Assembly: GCA_044222185.1 (NCBI GenBank)
Contig: JBGANV010000003.1
Span: forward strand, 384,001 to 448,000
Direction of reading: 5' to 3'
Source of the DNA: Planctomycetota bacterium
GTDB taxonomy: Bacteria > Planctomycetota > GCA-002687715 > CAIWVZ01
DNA: 64,000 bases
The notes under the pieces were generated by a model, which saw only the letters and a program-made list of their open reading frames with translations, was not told where the DNA came from and made no database searches. Shown here in pieces: positions 8,013-18,082 of this stretch (position 1 is the first letter of the stretch; every line of letters begins with the position of its first letter). The translations under genes were made by a program, and so were the position numbers.

Positions 8013-10184
8013 ATGGCGGAAGCCGTGACGAAGTCGATTCCCGAGCCGGCCCTGCTCCGCAACGCGGACTACGCCCTCGCCGGCGCGCTGCTCGCCGTCT
8101 TGTGCGTGCTGCTCGTGCCATTGCCCACGCCCGTCCTCGACCTCGCCCTCGTCGTGAACGTGAGCACGGCCCTCTTGATCCTCGTGATCACGCTGTCGTG
8201 CCGCCAGCCGCTCGACTTCTCGACGTTCCCCAGCTTGCTCTTGTTCACGACGCTGACCCGGTTGTCGCTGAACGTGGCCTCCACACGACTGATCCTCTCG
8301 AAGGGCCACGCCGGCAGCGTCATCCAGGCCTTCGGCGACTTCGTGCTCGGCGGCAACCTGATGATCGGCCTCGTGATCTTCCTCATCCTGGTGATCATTC
8401 AGTTCGTCGTCATCACGAAGGGCTCCAACCGCATCTCGGAAGTGGCCGCGCGGTTCACCTTGGATGCCATGCCTGGCAAGCAGATGGCCATCGACGCCGA
8501 ACTGAACGCCGGGCTCATCAGCGAGCACGTGGCGCGGGCCCGACGTGAAGTCATCACTGCCGAAGCCGAGTTCTACGGTGCCATGGACGGTGCCGGAAAG
8601 TTCGTTCGCGGTGATGCGGTCGCCGGCTTGATCATCACCGTCGTCAACATCCTGGGCGGTGTCGGCATCGGGTTCTTCGACGGGCTCTCGGCCGTCGACG
8701 CGCTGAAGAAGTACGCAGTCCTCACGGTCGGTGACGGCCTCGTGTCGCAGGTCCCGGCGCTCCTCATCACGATCGCCTCGGGCATCCTCGTGACGAAGCA
8801 GCGCGGCCAGCACCAGCTTTCGCGCGAAATCACTGCGCAGTTCATGTTCTCGCCGCGCGCGACGCGCATCGCGGCGACGCTGGTGACGATCCTCGGATTG
8901 GTTCCGGGGCTGCCCATGGTCCCGTTCGTCGGCATGGGTCTGGGCCTCTTCCTTTTCGCGAATTACAGCGCGAAGAATGCGCCAGCGCGAACGGCCAGCC
9001 CCGACGGGACCGCGGCCAAGGCGGAAGACGGGGGCCGCGATGGCGCCAACCAACCAACGGCGGGCGCCGCGGGCCCGGACGCAAGCCCGGAAGCCCTGGG
9101 CGAGCTCATGAAGGTCGACCGTCTCGCACTCGAGATCGGCTACCGGCTGATCCCGCTCGTCAGCGCGGAGAAGCGCAGTCCGCTCCTGGACCACATCGCC
9201 ATGCTGCGCCGGCAATTCGTTACGCAGCTCGGGTTCCTCGTGCCGCCGATCCGCATGAAGGACAACCTGGCCTTGGAGCCGAACGCCTATCGCCTGCTCG
9301 TCAGCGGACAGGAGGTGGCGCGCGGGAAGCTCTACCCCGATCACTACCTCGCCATGAACGCCGGCTTCGCACGGGAGGAAATCTCGGGGATCAAGACGAA
9401 CGACCCCACGTTCGGTCTGCCCGCGACCTGGGTGCCGTCGGCACGCAAGGTCGAGGCCGAGAGCCTGGGCTACACCGTGGTCGACGCCGAATCCGTGCTC
9501 ATCACACACCTGACCGAGGTGCTGAAGGAACATGCGCACGAGATCCTCTCCCGCGACGACGTCCAGAAGCTCGTCGATCGGGTCAAGGAGGTGTCGCCCG
9601 CCGTCGTCGCCGAATTGGTGCCGGACACCATGGGCATCGGGACGATCCAGGCCGTGCTCGCCAACCTCCTGCGCGAGCGCGTCCCCGTCCGCAACATCCC
9701 GGGAATCCTCGAGGCGCTCGCGGACCACGGCAAGAAGGTCAAGGACCCGGACACACTCACCGAACTCGTCCGTCAGCGGCTGAGCCGCACGCTGCTCGAA
9801 CTCCACGCGGCCCCAGGCGCCGTCGTCCAAGGGATCACGCTCGAGCCCCAGGCCGAGCAGATGCTCTCGGACGCCCTCGGGGGCAGCAACGATCCCAAGG
9901 TCACGTCGATCCTCTCGCCGACGACCATGCGCCGTCTCCAGGACAACGTCGCCGTCGCCTGGCAGGCGGCGCAAGCCAAGGGGAAGGAACCGGTGTTGTT
10001 GGTCCGGGCGTCCGTCCGTCGCTACCTGGCGGACCTCATGAGGGCGATGACGCCGCGAATCCCCGTCCTGTCTTTCAACGAGGTGACGTCGGCCAAGTCC
10101 ATCGACGCAGCCGGCACGGTCGCCGTGCTGGAACCCGTTGCGCCGGAACGGCGCCAGGCCGCCGCGTCCGCCGGGGCCAAATAG
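8013..10184 (+). CDS. flhA: Flagellar export platform protein FlhA
   Basis: FHIPEP signature RISEVAARFTLDAMPGKQMAIDAELNAG and FYGAMDGAGKFVRGDA; cytoplasmic domain with LEIGYRLIPLV. Confidence 0.98.
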   Translation: MAEAVTKSIPEPALLRNADYALAGALLAVLCVLLVPLPTPVLDLALVVNVSTALLILVITLSCRQPLDFSTFPSLLLFTTLTRLSLNVASTRLILSKGHAGSVIQAFGDFVLGGNLMIGLVIFLILVIIQFVVITKGSNRISEVAARFTLDAMPGKQMAIDAELNAGLISEHVARARREVITAEAEFYGAMDGAGKFVRGDAVAGLIITVVNILGGVGIGFFDGLSAVDALKKYAVLTVGDGLVSQVPALLITIASGILVTKQRGQHQLSREITAQFMFSPRATRIAATLVTILGLVPGLPMVPFVGMGLGLFLFANYSAKNAPARTASPDGTAAKAEDGGRDGANQPTAGAAGPDASPEALGELMKVDRLALEIGYRLIPLVSAEKRSPLLDHIAMLRRQFVTQLGFLVPPIRMKDNLALEPNAYRLLVSGQEVARGKLYPDHYLAMNAGFAREEISGIKTNDPTFGLPATWVPSARKVEAESLGYTVVDAESVLITHLTEVLKEHAHEILSRDDVQKLVDRVKEVSPAVVAELVPDTMGIGTIQAVLANLLRERVPVRNIPGILEALADHGKKVKDPDTLTELVRQRLSRTLLELHAAPGAVVQGITLEPQAEQMLSDALGGSNDPKVTSILSPTTMRRLQDNVAVAWQAAQAKGKEPVLLVRASVRRYLADLMRAMTPRIPVLSFNEVTSAKSIDAAGTVAVLEPVAPERRQAAASAGAK

Positions 10185-10210
10185 TGCTTTTCGGAGTTCT
10201 CGTCCCCGGC

Positions 10211-10239
10211 TGAAGTCCCAACGGAAAAGAGACCGATAA
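10211..10239 (+). promoter_or_regulatory. Possible internal sigma28-type promoter upstream of orf-fliA
   Basis: TGAAG-N16-ACCGATAA in the A-rich flhA/orf gap. The -10 is one mismatch from GCCGATAA; spacing is slightly long. Confidence 0.3.
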
Positions 10240-10276
10240 GAGTCCAAGACGCCCCAGGCGTCGTGTTTGAAGACCG

Positions 10277-10546
10277 ATGAGCGAGAAGGAAAAGAAAGCA
10301 TCTCCCGCCCGTCCACCCTCGGCTGCTGCCGGGCACGTCGCGGGCGTATTCGTGGGAGCGGTCGTCGGCATGTGCACGGCCCTGGCCGGGCTCGTCGCCG
10401 GCGTACCGGCACCCGAGATCCTTCTGCGCTCCGTCGGTGCCGGCGTCGTCGCCAAGATCGCCGCGGGCCTCGTCGTCGGCCTCGGCATCCGCAGCATCGT
10501 GATCGAGCGCAAGAAGACACAGGCCGCGACGGAGGGTGACCGTTGA
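10277..10546 (+). CDS. Small two-TM membrane protein between flhA and fliA
   Basis: 89 aa, two Gly/Ala/Val-rich hydrophobic helices; its stop overlaps the fliA start. Confidence 0.7.
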   Translation: MSEKEKKASPARPPSAAAGHVAGVFVGAVVGMCTALAGLVAGVPAPEILLRSVGAGVVAKIAAGLVVGLGIRSIVIERKKTQAATEGDR

Positions 10547-11301
10547 TGGACTCGACTCCACACCCCGCGATGACGACGGCCGAACGCAACCGGCTGATCG
10601 AGGAGTACCTGCCTCTCGTCCATCACGTCCTCGGCCGGTTGACCATCCACCTGCCCTCGACGCTCGATCGCGAAGATCTCTTCGAGGTCGGCGTGCTCGG
10701 GCTGATGCACGCGGCCCAGACGTTCAACCCGTCGCGCGGCGCCGCGTTCAAGACGCACGCATTCACCCTCATCCGTGGCGCGATCCTGGATGAGATCCGC
10801 AAGCACGACCCAATCCCCCGCTCGCGGCGCGACCGAGTGAAGCAGCTCGGCGAGGTGGAGGCGAAGCTCGAAGACGAACTCGGGCGCGCTCCCACGCCCG
10901 AAGAGATGGCGGAAGCGTCCGGCCTCACCGTCGAACAAGTCGAGGAGTCGCTGGTCAACGCCCACGGCGCGGCCATGCTCTCGCTCGAGGACCACGACTC
11001 GGGAAGCAACGACGAGCTGCGGCTGATCGACTGCCTGCGACTGCCGCGAACCGAGGATCCTCTGGACCTCGTCGCGCGCCGTGAACTGAAAGAGCGCCTG
11101 TCGGCGGCGATCCAGCGGTTGCCGGAGCGTGAGCGCCACGTCATCGTCCTCTACTACGCCGAGAGCCTTCGCCTGAAGGAGATCGGCGCGATCCTCGGCA
11201 TCACCGAATCACGCGTGTCACAACTGCACGCGCGCGCCATCCTCCGGCTGAACCGCGAGGTCCTCGGCGCACACCCCGAACTCTCCCAACCCGAGCCGTG
11301 A
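10546..11301 (+). CDS. fliA: Flagellar sigma factor sigma28 (FliA/WhiG family)
   Basis: RNRLIEEYLPLV, EDLFEVGVLGL, IRGAILDEIR, LYYAESLRLKEIGAILGITESRVSQLH. Confidence 0.96.
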   Translation: MDSTPHPAMTTAERNRLIEEYLPLVHHVLGRLTIHLPSTLDREDLFEVGVLGLMHAAQTFNPSRGAAFKTHAFTLIRGAILDEIRKHDPIPRSRRDRVKQLGEVEAKLEDELGRAPTPEEMAEASGLTVEQVEESLVNAHGAAMLSLEDHDSGSNDELRLIDCLRLPRTEDPLDLVARRELKERLSAAIQRLPERERHVIVLYYAESLRLKEIGAILGITESRVSQLHARAILRLNREVLGAHPELSQPEP

Positions 11302-11304
11302 GCC

Positions 11305-11550
11305 ATGAAGAACCGGCCGACGTTGATCAAACGGAGTCAAACCCGTCTCTCCCCCGAGTCCGTCGTCACGGGTGAAGGAGTCCAGGCGGGTATCTCTCGC
11401 GCGCCGGCGCCCCGCAAGGGCGACCAGCCGCTCGTGAACGTCCGCCGCAGCGGCGACGTCATCGAAGCCTTGGAAGTGACGTGTCCCTGCGGGCGCTCGA
11501 CCGTCATCGAATGCCTGTACGACGCGAAGAAGACGGAAGTCACACCATGA
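11305..11550 (+). CDS. Small hypothetical protein with C-terminal CPCG...C motif
   Basis: 81 aa ending LEVTCPCGRSTVIECLY; 3 bp after fliA, with an ATGA overlap to the next gene. Confidence 0.7.
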   Translation: MKNRPTLIKRSQTRLSPESVVTGEGVQAGISRAPAPRKGDQPLVNVRRSGDVIEALEVTCPCGRSTVIECLYDAKKTEVTP

Positions 11551-12020
11551 AACTCACAACGACCCTCCTCGCATCCGCGATCGCCTTGTGCGTGTCTACG
11601 GGTTGCACCTCGGCCGAGGCCGAGCGTGTCGCGCGGGCGAAGCACACGAACGATGCGGCGTCCAACGGTTACCTGAAGGACGGGCCGACGATGGCCCTCG
11701 ACGACGGCGCGCGTCTCGAAGACCCGACGACGCTCCGCCTCCTCGACGAGAAGACCCAGGAGCTGGCGCGCCAGAAGAAGAAGAACGAGGATCTCGAGGC
11801 CGCCCTCGCGCAGAAGTCGGCGGAGATCGAAGTGCTTCGCAAGGACGCCGCGACTCACGCCCAGGAGAAGGAACGCCTGAACGGCCTCCTGAGCGACGCG
11901 ACGGAGCACGAGCGCGCCGCCGTCGAACGCGCCCTCGCGGCCGACATCGCGCGCTTGAAGATGGAGCAGGAACTGCTCCGGACCAAGCTCGGGAACCTGG
12001 TCGGAGAAACGAACAAATGA
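11547..12020 (+). CDS. Coiled-coil lipoprotein, hypothetical
   Basis: Starts at the ATGA overlap: MKLTTTLLASAIALCVSTGC (lipobox-like), then a heptad-rich helical body. Confidence 0.75.
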   Translation: MKLTTTLLASAIALCVSTGCTSAEAERVARAKHTNDAASNGYLKDGPTMALDDGARLEDPTTLRLLDEKTQELARQKKKNEDLEAALAQKSAEIEVLRKDAATHAQEKERLNGLLSDATEHERAAVERALAADIARLKMEQELLRTKLGNLVGETNK

Positions 12021-12766
12021 GCGTCGTGACTTCGGGGCGGTCCGTTCTTTCGGCATGGCGAGGCCGGCTGATCGTGGCGGCACCACGGATTCCAGAAGGC
12101 CAATGCCGGCGGACGAACCTGCCCCGAGGCCACCGCGCGCTCGTGGCGATCGGCCTCGCGCTCAGCATGATCGGCAGTGGAGGCTGCAAGTTCGCGGGCG
12201 ATCCCACGCCGCCGCCGGTCGACCTGGCCACGTCCCACGAGGCCGAGGCCCAGACGGTGGCGAAGGTACGGCGCGTCGTCGTCCCGCCATTCCAGGACCT
12301 CACGGGTTTCCCCCGAGAGGCCGAACAGACGAGGCAGGCGTTCCTGCGGGCGCTCGGCCGGCGCCAGCGCTTCGAGCTCATCCCCCTGGGGGAAACCGAG
12401 CTGCGCGAAGTCCTGCCGCGCGAGACGTTCCAGAGCGGAACGATCGCGAAGGACATGCTGATTTCCGCCGCGCGGCGCTATCGGGCCGACGGAGTGCTGT
12501 TCGGCGTCGTGACCCACTACCGTCCCTATGACCCGTTGGTCCTCGGCCTGAAGCTCGAGATGGCGTCCGCCGATACGGGTGCCGTCGTCTGGGCGACGTC
12601 CGGGCTTTACGACGCCGCCACGCTCGACGTCACACAGGACGTCCACAACTATCACGACACCCAGCTCGCGGGATCGAGTTCGTTGGAAGGCTGGCGCCTG
12701 ATCCTGATGAGTCCATCACGCTTCACCGATTACGCCTGTGCCCGTCTCGCCGCGACGCTGAAGTAG
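12017..12766 (+). CDS. Lipoprotein with TolB-N/LpoB/CsgG-like alpha-beta fold
   Basis: ATGA overlap; LALSMIGSGGC lipobox-like signal; RRVVVPPF...RFELI...ADGVLFGVVTHY...TGAVVWA pattern. Confidence 0.65.
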   Translation: MSVVTSGRSVLSAWRGRLIVAAPRIPEGQCRRTNLPRGHRALVAIGLALSMIGSGGCKFAGDPTPPPVDLATSHEAEAQTVAKVRRVVVPPFQDLTGFPREAEQTRQAFLRALGRRQRFELIPLGETELREVLPRETFQSGTIAKDMLISAARRYRADGVLFGVVTHYRPYDPLVLGLKLEMASADTGAVVWATSGLYDAATLDVTQDVHNYHDTQLAGSSSLEGWRLILMSPSRFTDYACARLAATLK

Positions 12767-12831
12767 CGCGTCCGGAAATCGAGCATCGCATCGACGACAA
12801 TCGCATGTCGCCCGCATAGAATCCCCGCACG

Positions 12832-14703
12832 ATGCTGATCACCCTCATCGTGTCCGCTTCCCTTGCGGTCCAGGTGGTGGCCGGAGGCATCGCCCTTCGG
12901 ATGCTTGGGAGATCCGACCGGCGAGGGCCGTGGTTGTTGCTCGCCGTCGCCATGCTCTTCATGGCGGCCCGCCGGGGCCTGACGCTTGCCGACCTGGTCT
13001 TCGGCTCGAAAGCCAAGCCACTCGACACGCCTGCGGAACTCGTCGCGTTCACCATCTCGGCGCTCATGCTCGCGGCAGTACAGGCGTTTGCGGGTCTGAT
13101 CCGTGAGCGTCAACGCGAGGCCTCGGCACTGGCCACCAGCGAAGCGCGATACCGGAACCTCGTCGAGACGTCGCACGACCTCATCTGGTCCGTCGACGAA
13201 GAGGGTCGTTGGACGTTCCTGAACGCCGAGGCGACGCGTCGGATCTATGGCTGCGAGCCCCAGGAGATGCTCGGACGCAGCTTCGTGGAATCCCTCGCAG
13301 ACGACCGGAAGGCGATCGATCCGGACACCCACCGCAAGATCCTCGAGGGCGCGCGCGTCGTCGACTTCGAAACGACCCACCTTCGCCGGGACGGCCGACG
13401 AGTCACGCTGCGTTTCAACGCGATCCCCCTGCGGGATGAATCAGGCAAGGTGGTCGGAACGACCGGCACGGCGACGGATGTGACGGCAGCACGTGACGCC
13501 GAGCGCAAGGAGAAGGAACTCCAGGATCGACTGGTCGAATCCCAGCGACTCGAGAGTCTCGGCGTGCTCGCCGGCGGCATCGCGCACGACTTCAACAATC
13601 TCCTCATGGCGATCAGCGGCAACGCCTACCTGGCGCTCGACCTCCTCCCCACCGGATCGGAGGTGCGGAACGCCGTGCAGAGCGTGATCCAGGCCTCCGA
13701 GCGAGCGACGACGCTGACGCGTCAGATGCTCACATACGCCGGCAAGGGACGTCACCAGATCTCCTCCATCGACATGTCGAAGGTCGTGCGCGAGATCTGT
13801 CCCCTCGTCGTTCCGACGGTCTCCAAGAAAGTCCAACTCGACCTGGACCTCGACCCCCAGATTCCCCCCATCGATGGTGATGACGGCCAGATCCAGCAGG
13901 TCGTGATGAACCTGGTCATCAATGCCGCCGAGGCCCTGGCCGACAAGGTGGGGAGCGTCTCGGTGCGAACGTTCGTTCGGTTCGCCCACGACGGCGAATT
14001 CACGAGCCGCCTCGGCGCCGAGTCGTTGCCAGCCGGGCGCTACGTCATGCTCGAGGTCGAAGACACGGGCTGCGGCATGGACGCGGAAACCCAGCGCCGG
14101 ATCTTCGAGCCGTTCTTCACGACCAAGTTCGTCGGACGCGGCCTCGGGCTCTCGGCGTTGCTTGGAATCGTGCGCAGGCACCACGGCGGACTCGCCATCG
14201 ACTCGGAAGTCGGCGTGGGCACGACGTTTCGCCTGGCGTTTCCCCCGGGGGCGACGGCACCTGCGCCGACGCAAACGCCCGCACCCGTGGCCGATTCACG
14301 AGGCAATGCGCTCATCCTTCTCGTCGACGACGAAGACGGCGTCCTGCGGATCGCGCGGACGGCACTCGAGCGCGCGGGCCACACCGTCGTGACGGCGTCG
14401 AACGGACGAACGGCCATCGAGGTCTTCGCCACCGTCAAGGACCGCGTCTCGCTCGCGATCCTCGACATGAGCATGCCGGAGATGGACGGCGCCGAGACGC
14501 TCGACGCGCTTCAACGCGTCCGCCCCGGGTTGCGCGTCATCCTCGCCAGCGGGTACCACGACCATCTGGACGACCCGTTGCGGACGCACGCAGGCCCCGT
14601 GAGCTTCCTGCCCAAGCCCTACACGCCCGGGCAACTCGTCGGCCTCGTCCATGACATGCTCGCGCGCGCGCCGCGGCCCGATGCCGCCGCGACCTCTTCG
14701 TGA
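12832..14703 (+). CDS. Membrane-bound PAS-domain hybrid sensor histidine kinase/response regulator
   Basis: Three N-terminal TMs, PAS, H-box LAGGIAHDFNN, NLVINAAEA, DTGCGM, FFTTK, GLGL, C-terminal receiver (LLVDDE, LDMSMP). Confidence 0.95.
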   Translation: MLITLIVSASLAVQVVAGGIALRMLGRSDRRGPWLLLAVAMLFMAARRGLTLADLVFGSKAKPLDTPAELVAFTISALMLAAVQAFAGLIRERQREASALATSEARYRNLVETSHDLIWSVDEEGRWTFLNAEATRRIYGCEPQEMLGRSFVESLADDRKAIDPDTHRKILEGARVVDFETTHLRRDGRRVTLRFNAIPLRDESGKVVGTTGTATDVTAARDAERKEKELQDRLVESQRLESLGVLAGGIAHDFNNLLMAISGNAYLALDLLPTGSEVRNAVQSVIQASERATTLTRQMLTYAGKGRHQISSIDMSKVVREICPLVVPTVSKKVQLDLDLDPQIPPIDGDDGQIQQVVMNLVINAAEALADKVGSVSVRTFVRFAHDGEFTSRLGAESLPAGRYVMLEVEDTGCGMDAETQRRIFEPFFTTKFVGRGLGLSALLGIVRRHHGGLAIDSEVGVGTTFRLAFPPGATAPAPTQTPAPVADSRGNALILLVDDEDGVLRIARTALERAGHTVVTASNGRTAIEVFATVKDRVSLAILDMSMPEMDGAETLDALQRVRPGLRVILASGYHDHLDDPLRTHAGPVSFLPKPYTPGQLVGLVHDMLARAPRPDAAATSS

Positions 14704-14726
14704 CCGGCGCACGAGGACGCGTCGCG

Positions 14727-16829
14727 TCAGGTCGCGCCGTCGACCTGGATGCGTGCGAAGTCCGCGATTCCGCTGAAGAGCGTCCGCAACTCCATGAGCA
14801 GCCGCACGCGGTTCTCGCGGGTCGCGCGATCGTCGGCGATGACCATCACGCTCTCGAAAAACGCATCGACGGACGGCTTGAGCTGAGAGATGCGGCGCAG
14901 GGCACCAGCGAAGTCGCCACGCGCGGTTGCAGCTTCGACGTCGGCACGGGCCCCGACGTAGGCAGCGTGGAGTTTGCGTTCGGCGTCTTCGTTGAACCGG
15001 GCCGGATCGACCTGCCCCGCGACGACGTCCTTCCCGTTCTTCTCGACGATGTTCACGGCACGGCGGAACGCTGCCGCAAGAAGCAGGAAGTCGGGCTGGC
15101 CGATCATCTGCCCCAGGGCCACGAGCCGCTCCCGCGCGATCACGATGTCGTCGAACCCCGTGGCGAGAACCGACTCGACCACGTCGGCCCGCTGCGTTTC
15201 GCCGAAGAGGACCTTCAGCCGACCGCGGAAGAACTCGAGGACCTGCGTGCGAACGTCGGGCTCGCCGGGTTTGCGCTTCGCGTCGACGAGCTTCGGTGCG
15301 AGGAGACGAAGCGCTTCGTCGACGGCGCCCGCGAGCGAGAAGTGCAGCCCCTTCGCCAACGTCACGTTGATGATCGCGATGCAGGCGCGCCGCAGCCCGA
15401 AGGGATCGGCTTGGCCCGTGGGCGGCTTGCCGATCCCAAAGATGCCGGTGAGTGAATCCAGGCGGTCGGCGAGTCCGATCAGCGCCCCGGGGATCTGCGA
15501 CGGCATGTCGTCGGACGCGGTGCGCGGCAGGTAGTGCTCGAAGATCGCCAATGCGACTTCTGTCGGCTCTCCGTCATGGCGCGCGTACTCGCGTCCCATC
15601 ACGCCCTGCAGCTCCGGGAATTCGCCCACCATGCCGGTGACGAGGTCCGCCTTGCACAGCGCAGCGGCCCGGTCGACGGTCCGTTCCACGGGGCCGTTCC
15701 CCGTCGCCTGCGCGAACCAACGCGCGAGGGCTGTGATTCGCGCGACCTTCTCCGCGGTCGTGCCGAGCTGCTGCTGGAACACGACGCGCTCGAGGCGGGG
15801 CAGGCGCGCTTCGAGCTTCGTCTTGCGGTCCTCGTCGAAGAAGAAGCGGCCGTCGGCCAGCCGCGCCTTCAGGACGCGCTCGTACCCCCGCAGCGACAGC
15901 CTCTCGTCGCGTACCGGGGTGTTCGACACCGCCACGAAGTGCGGGAGCAGCTTGCCGGCCGAGTCCGTGACCGAGAAGTACCGCTGGTGGCCCTTCATCT
16001 CCTGGATGAGGACCTCGGGCGGCAGATCGAGGTGGCGGGCGTCGAAACTTCCCAACACCGCGTTGGGCAGCTCGACGAGATTCGTCACCTGATCGAGGAG
16101 CGAGGGATCGTCGAGCACCTTCCCGCCCGCACGCTCCGCGGCCTGCCTGACGCGAACGAGCGTCAGCGCCTTGCGTTTGGCGATGTCCGGAACGACGTTC
16201 CGGGTCTCGAGTCCGGCCTCGTACTCGGATGGCTCGCCGAGGACGATGGGCGAAGGCGTGAGGAAGCGGTGCCCGAACGACGTCCGCCCCGACGCGACGT
16301 CGGCGAACGTGACCGGAACGACTTGGGAGCCCAGGAGCGCGACGATCCACTGAACCGGACGCGCGAACGACAGGTCGACGTCGCCCCAACGCATGGACTT
16401 CTTGAACGCGATCCCATGCGCTGCGGCGTGCAACGCGGCCGTGACGATCTCCATCGCCGGCTTGCCCGGGTCGACGACCGTCGTGCCGAGGTATTCACCC
16501 TTCGGCGACTGCACTCGTGCCAGCTTGTCGACCGAGAGTTTCACGCTCTCGGCGAACTTCTCGGCGGCCTTCGTGGGTTTTCCCGACGGATCGAATGCGG
16601 CCTTCACCGATGGGCCGAGCACGTCGCGCGTGACGTCACTGGATCGGTCGGCGAGGCCGGTGACGAGGATCGCGAGGCGCCGCGGTGTGCCGAACGTGCG
16701 GACGTCTCCGAAGGCGAGCCTCGCCTCCGTCAGTTTCTCCGTGACGATCCGTCGGATGTCCGCCAGCGCCGGCTCGATGAACGACGCAGGAATCTCCTCC
16801 GCACCGATCTCGAACAGCAAATCAGCCAC
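14727..16829 (-). CDS. glyS: Glycine--tRNA ligase beta subunit
   Basis: [43 protein letters not shown]-terminal RENRVRLL. Confidence 0.97.
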   Translation of the reverse strand: MADLLFEIGAEEIPASFIEPALADIRRIVTEKLTEARLAFGDVRTFGTPRRLAILVTGLADRSSDVTRDVLGPSVKAAFDPSGKPTKAAEKFAESVKLSVDKLARVQSPKGEYLGTTVVDPGKPAMEIVTAALHAAAHGIAFKKSMRWGDVDLSFARPVQWIVALLGSQVVPVTFADVASGRTSFGHRFLTPSPIVLGEPSEYEAGLETRNVVPDIAKRKALTLVRVRQAAERAGGKVLDDPSLLDQVTNLVELPNAVLGSFDARHLDLPPEVLIQEMKGHQRYFSVTDSAGKLLPHFVAVSNTPVRDERLSLRGYERVLKARLADGRFFFDEDRKTKLEARLPRLERVVFQQQLGTTAEKVARITALARWFAQATGNGPVERTVDRAAALCKADLVTGMVGEFPELQGVMGREYARHDGEPTEVALAIFEHYLPRTASDDMPSQIPGALIGLADRLDSLTGIFGIGKPPTGQADPFGLRRACIAIINVTLAKGLHFSLAGAVDEALRLLAPKLVDAKRKPGEPDVRTQVLEFFRGRLKVLFGETQRADVVESVLATGFDDIVIARERLVALGQMIGQPDFLLLAAAFRRAVNIVEKNGKDVVAGQVDPARFNEDAERKLHAAYVGARADVEAATARGDFAGALRRISQLKPSVDAFFESVMVIADDRATRENRVRLLMELRTLFSGIADFARIQVDGAT

Positions 16830-17793
16830 GGGCAGCCTCCGTCGGGGCGTTCATCTTGATCGCTTTCCAGGCGTCGGACGCTGCCGCACCTTCGAGGATC
16901 GGGAGCTGCTCGCCCACGGTCCACTTCGTCTTCGTGAGCGGGTAGCCGAGCCGCTCGCGCATCTTCAGGTAGCCCTCGGCGCACAGCCGCGCGTTGTCGC
17001 GGACGCGTTTGATGAACGCGGCGCGCTCCGTGACGGAGATGGCGCCCCGCGCGTCGAGCAGGTTGAAGGCGTGCGAGCACTTCAACGCGTAGTCGTAGGC
17101 CGGCAGCGGAAGCTCACAGCCGATCATCCTCCGACACTCCTTCTCGTAGGAGTCGAAGAGCTGGAAGAGCATGGCTGCATCCGACTGGCGGAGCGCGTAG
17201 TGGCTCATCTCGACTTCGTTCGCGTGGAAGACCTCGCCGTAGCGCACGCCCTTCACCCACTCGACGTCGTAGATGTTCTCCACGTTCTGGAGGTACATGC
17301 AGATGCGCTCGAGGCCGTAGGTGAGCTCGGCGGACACGGGCTTGCAGTCGAATCCGCCGCACTGTTGGAAGTAGGTGAACTGCGTCACCTCCATGCCGTC
17401 GCACCACACTTCCCAGCCCAGCCCCCAGGCGCCGAGCGTGGGGGACTCCCAATCGTCCTCCACGAACCGGATGTCGTGAGCGAGCGGGTCGATCCCGAAC
17501 GCCTTGATCGAGTCGAGGTACAGGGCCTGGACGTTCTTCGGCGCAGGCTTCAGGATCACCTGGAATTGGTGATGCTGGAACAGGCGATTGGGGTTCTCGC
17601 CGAAGCGCCCGTCAGCCGGGCGGCGCGACGGCTGGACGTAGGCGACGTTCCACGGTTCCGGGCCGAGCGCGCGCAGGAACGTCGCGGGGTGCATGGTCCC
17701 GGCGCCGACTTCGAGGTCGTAGCCCTGGACGATGATGCAGCCCTGCTTCGCCCAGAAGTTCTGGAGCGTGAGGATGAGATCCTGGAAATACAT
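16822..17793 (-). CDS. glyQ: Glycine--tRNA ligase alpha subunit
   Basis: MYFQDLIL start; [41 protein letters not shown]. Confidence 0.98.
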   Translation of the reverse strand: MYFQDLILTLQNFWAKQGCIIVQGYDLEVGAGTMHPATFLRALGPEPWNVAYVQPSRRPADGRFGENPNRLFQHHQFQVILKPAPKNVQALYLDSIKAFGIDPLAHDIRFVEDDWESPTLGAWGLGWEVWCDGMEVTQFTYFQQCGGFDCKPVSAELTYGLERICMYLQNVENIYDVEWVKGVRYGEVFHANEVEMSHYALRQSDAAMLFQLFDSYEKECRRMIGCELPLPAYDYALKCSHAFNLLDARGAISVTERAAFIKRVRDNARLCAEGYLKMRERLGYPLTKTKWTVGEQLPILEGAAASDAWKAIKMNAPTEAARG

Positions 17794-18082
17794 GGTGCGG
17801 CTGTCCCCCGTTCGCGATCGCGAAGGCCGCGACGCTACGAATGCGGTTCGCTGCGGGCAAGAAGTCGGCGGCCGGACGCCGCGCCCCGCGCCGCGGAGCG
17901 CCGATCGTACGAGCGGCAGCGCCGTCGATTCCCTCGTCGCCACTCGAGCATCGAACCGGCCGCAGTCCTCTCACGCCCGCCGTCAATCCACGCCAGTGGG
18001 CCGCGCGAGGACGCGCGGCAGTCCGGCCCCGCGCCGCGGAGACGGCGGTCGCGTGGCGCTCCGGCACCAGCGCAGGAAGGCG

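Noticed and set aside
5856-10589. 1577-aa minus-strand ORF and similar long ORFs (17732-20383, 31284-33425, 35952-38234, 42077-44440)
   Set aside because: Antisense shadows of well-supported genes, caused by high-GC codon bias; Arg/Gly-rich translations with no motifs.
4050-11301. Non-flagellar injectisome T3SS
   Set aside because: fliO, a signal-peptide-bearing FliP and sigma28 indicate flagellar type; there is no secretin, SctJ/SctD or needle gene.
17794-17943. N-terminal extension of GlyQ in the ORF track (also the long extensions at 11588, 30276, 38981, 39788, 44856, 49684, 57810)
   Set aside because: Longest-ORF artefacts. Family N-termini, signal peptides and stop/start overlaps indicate the downstream starts used here.
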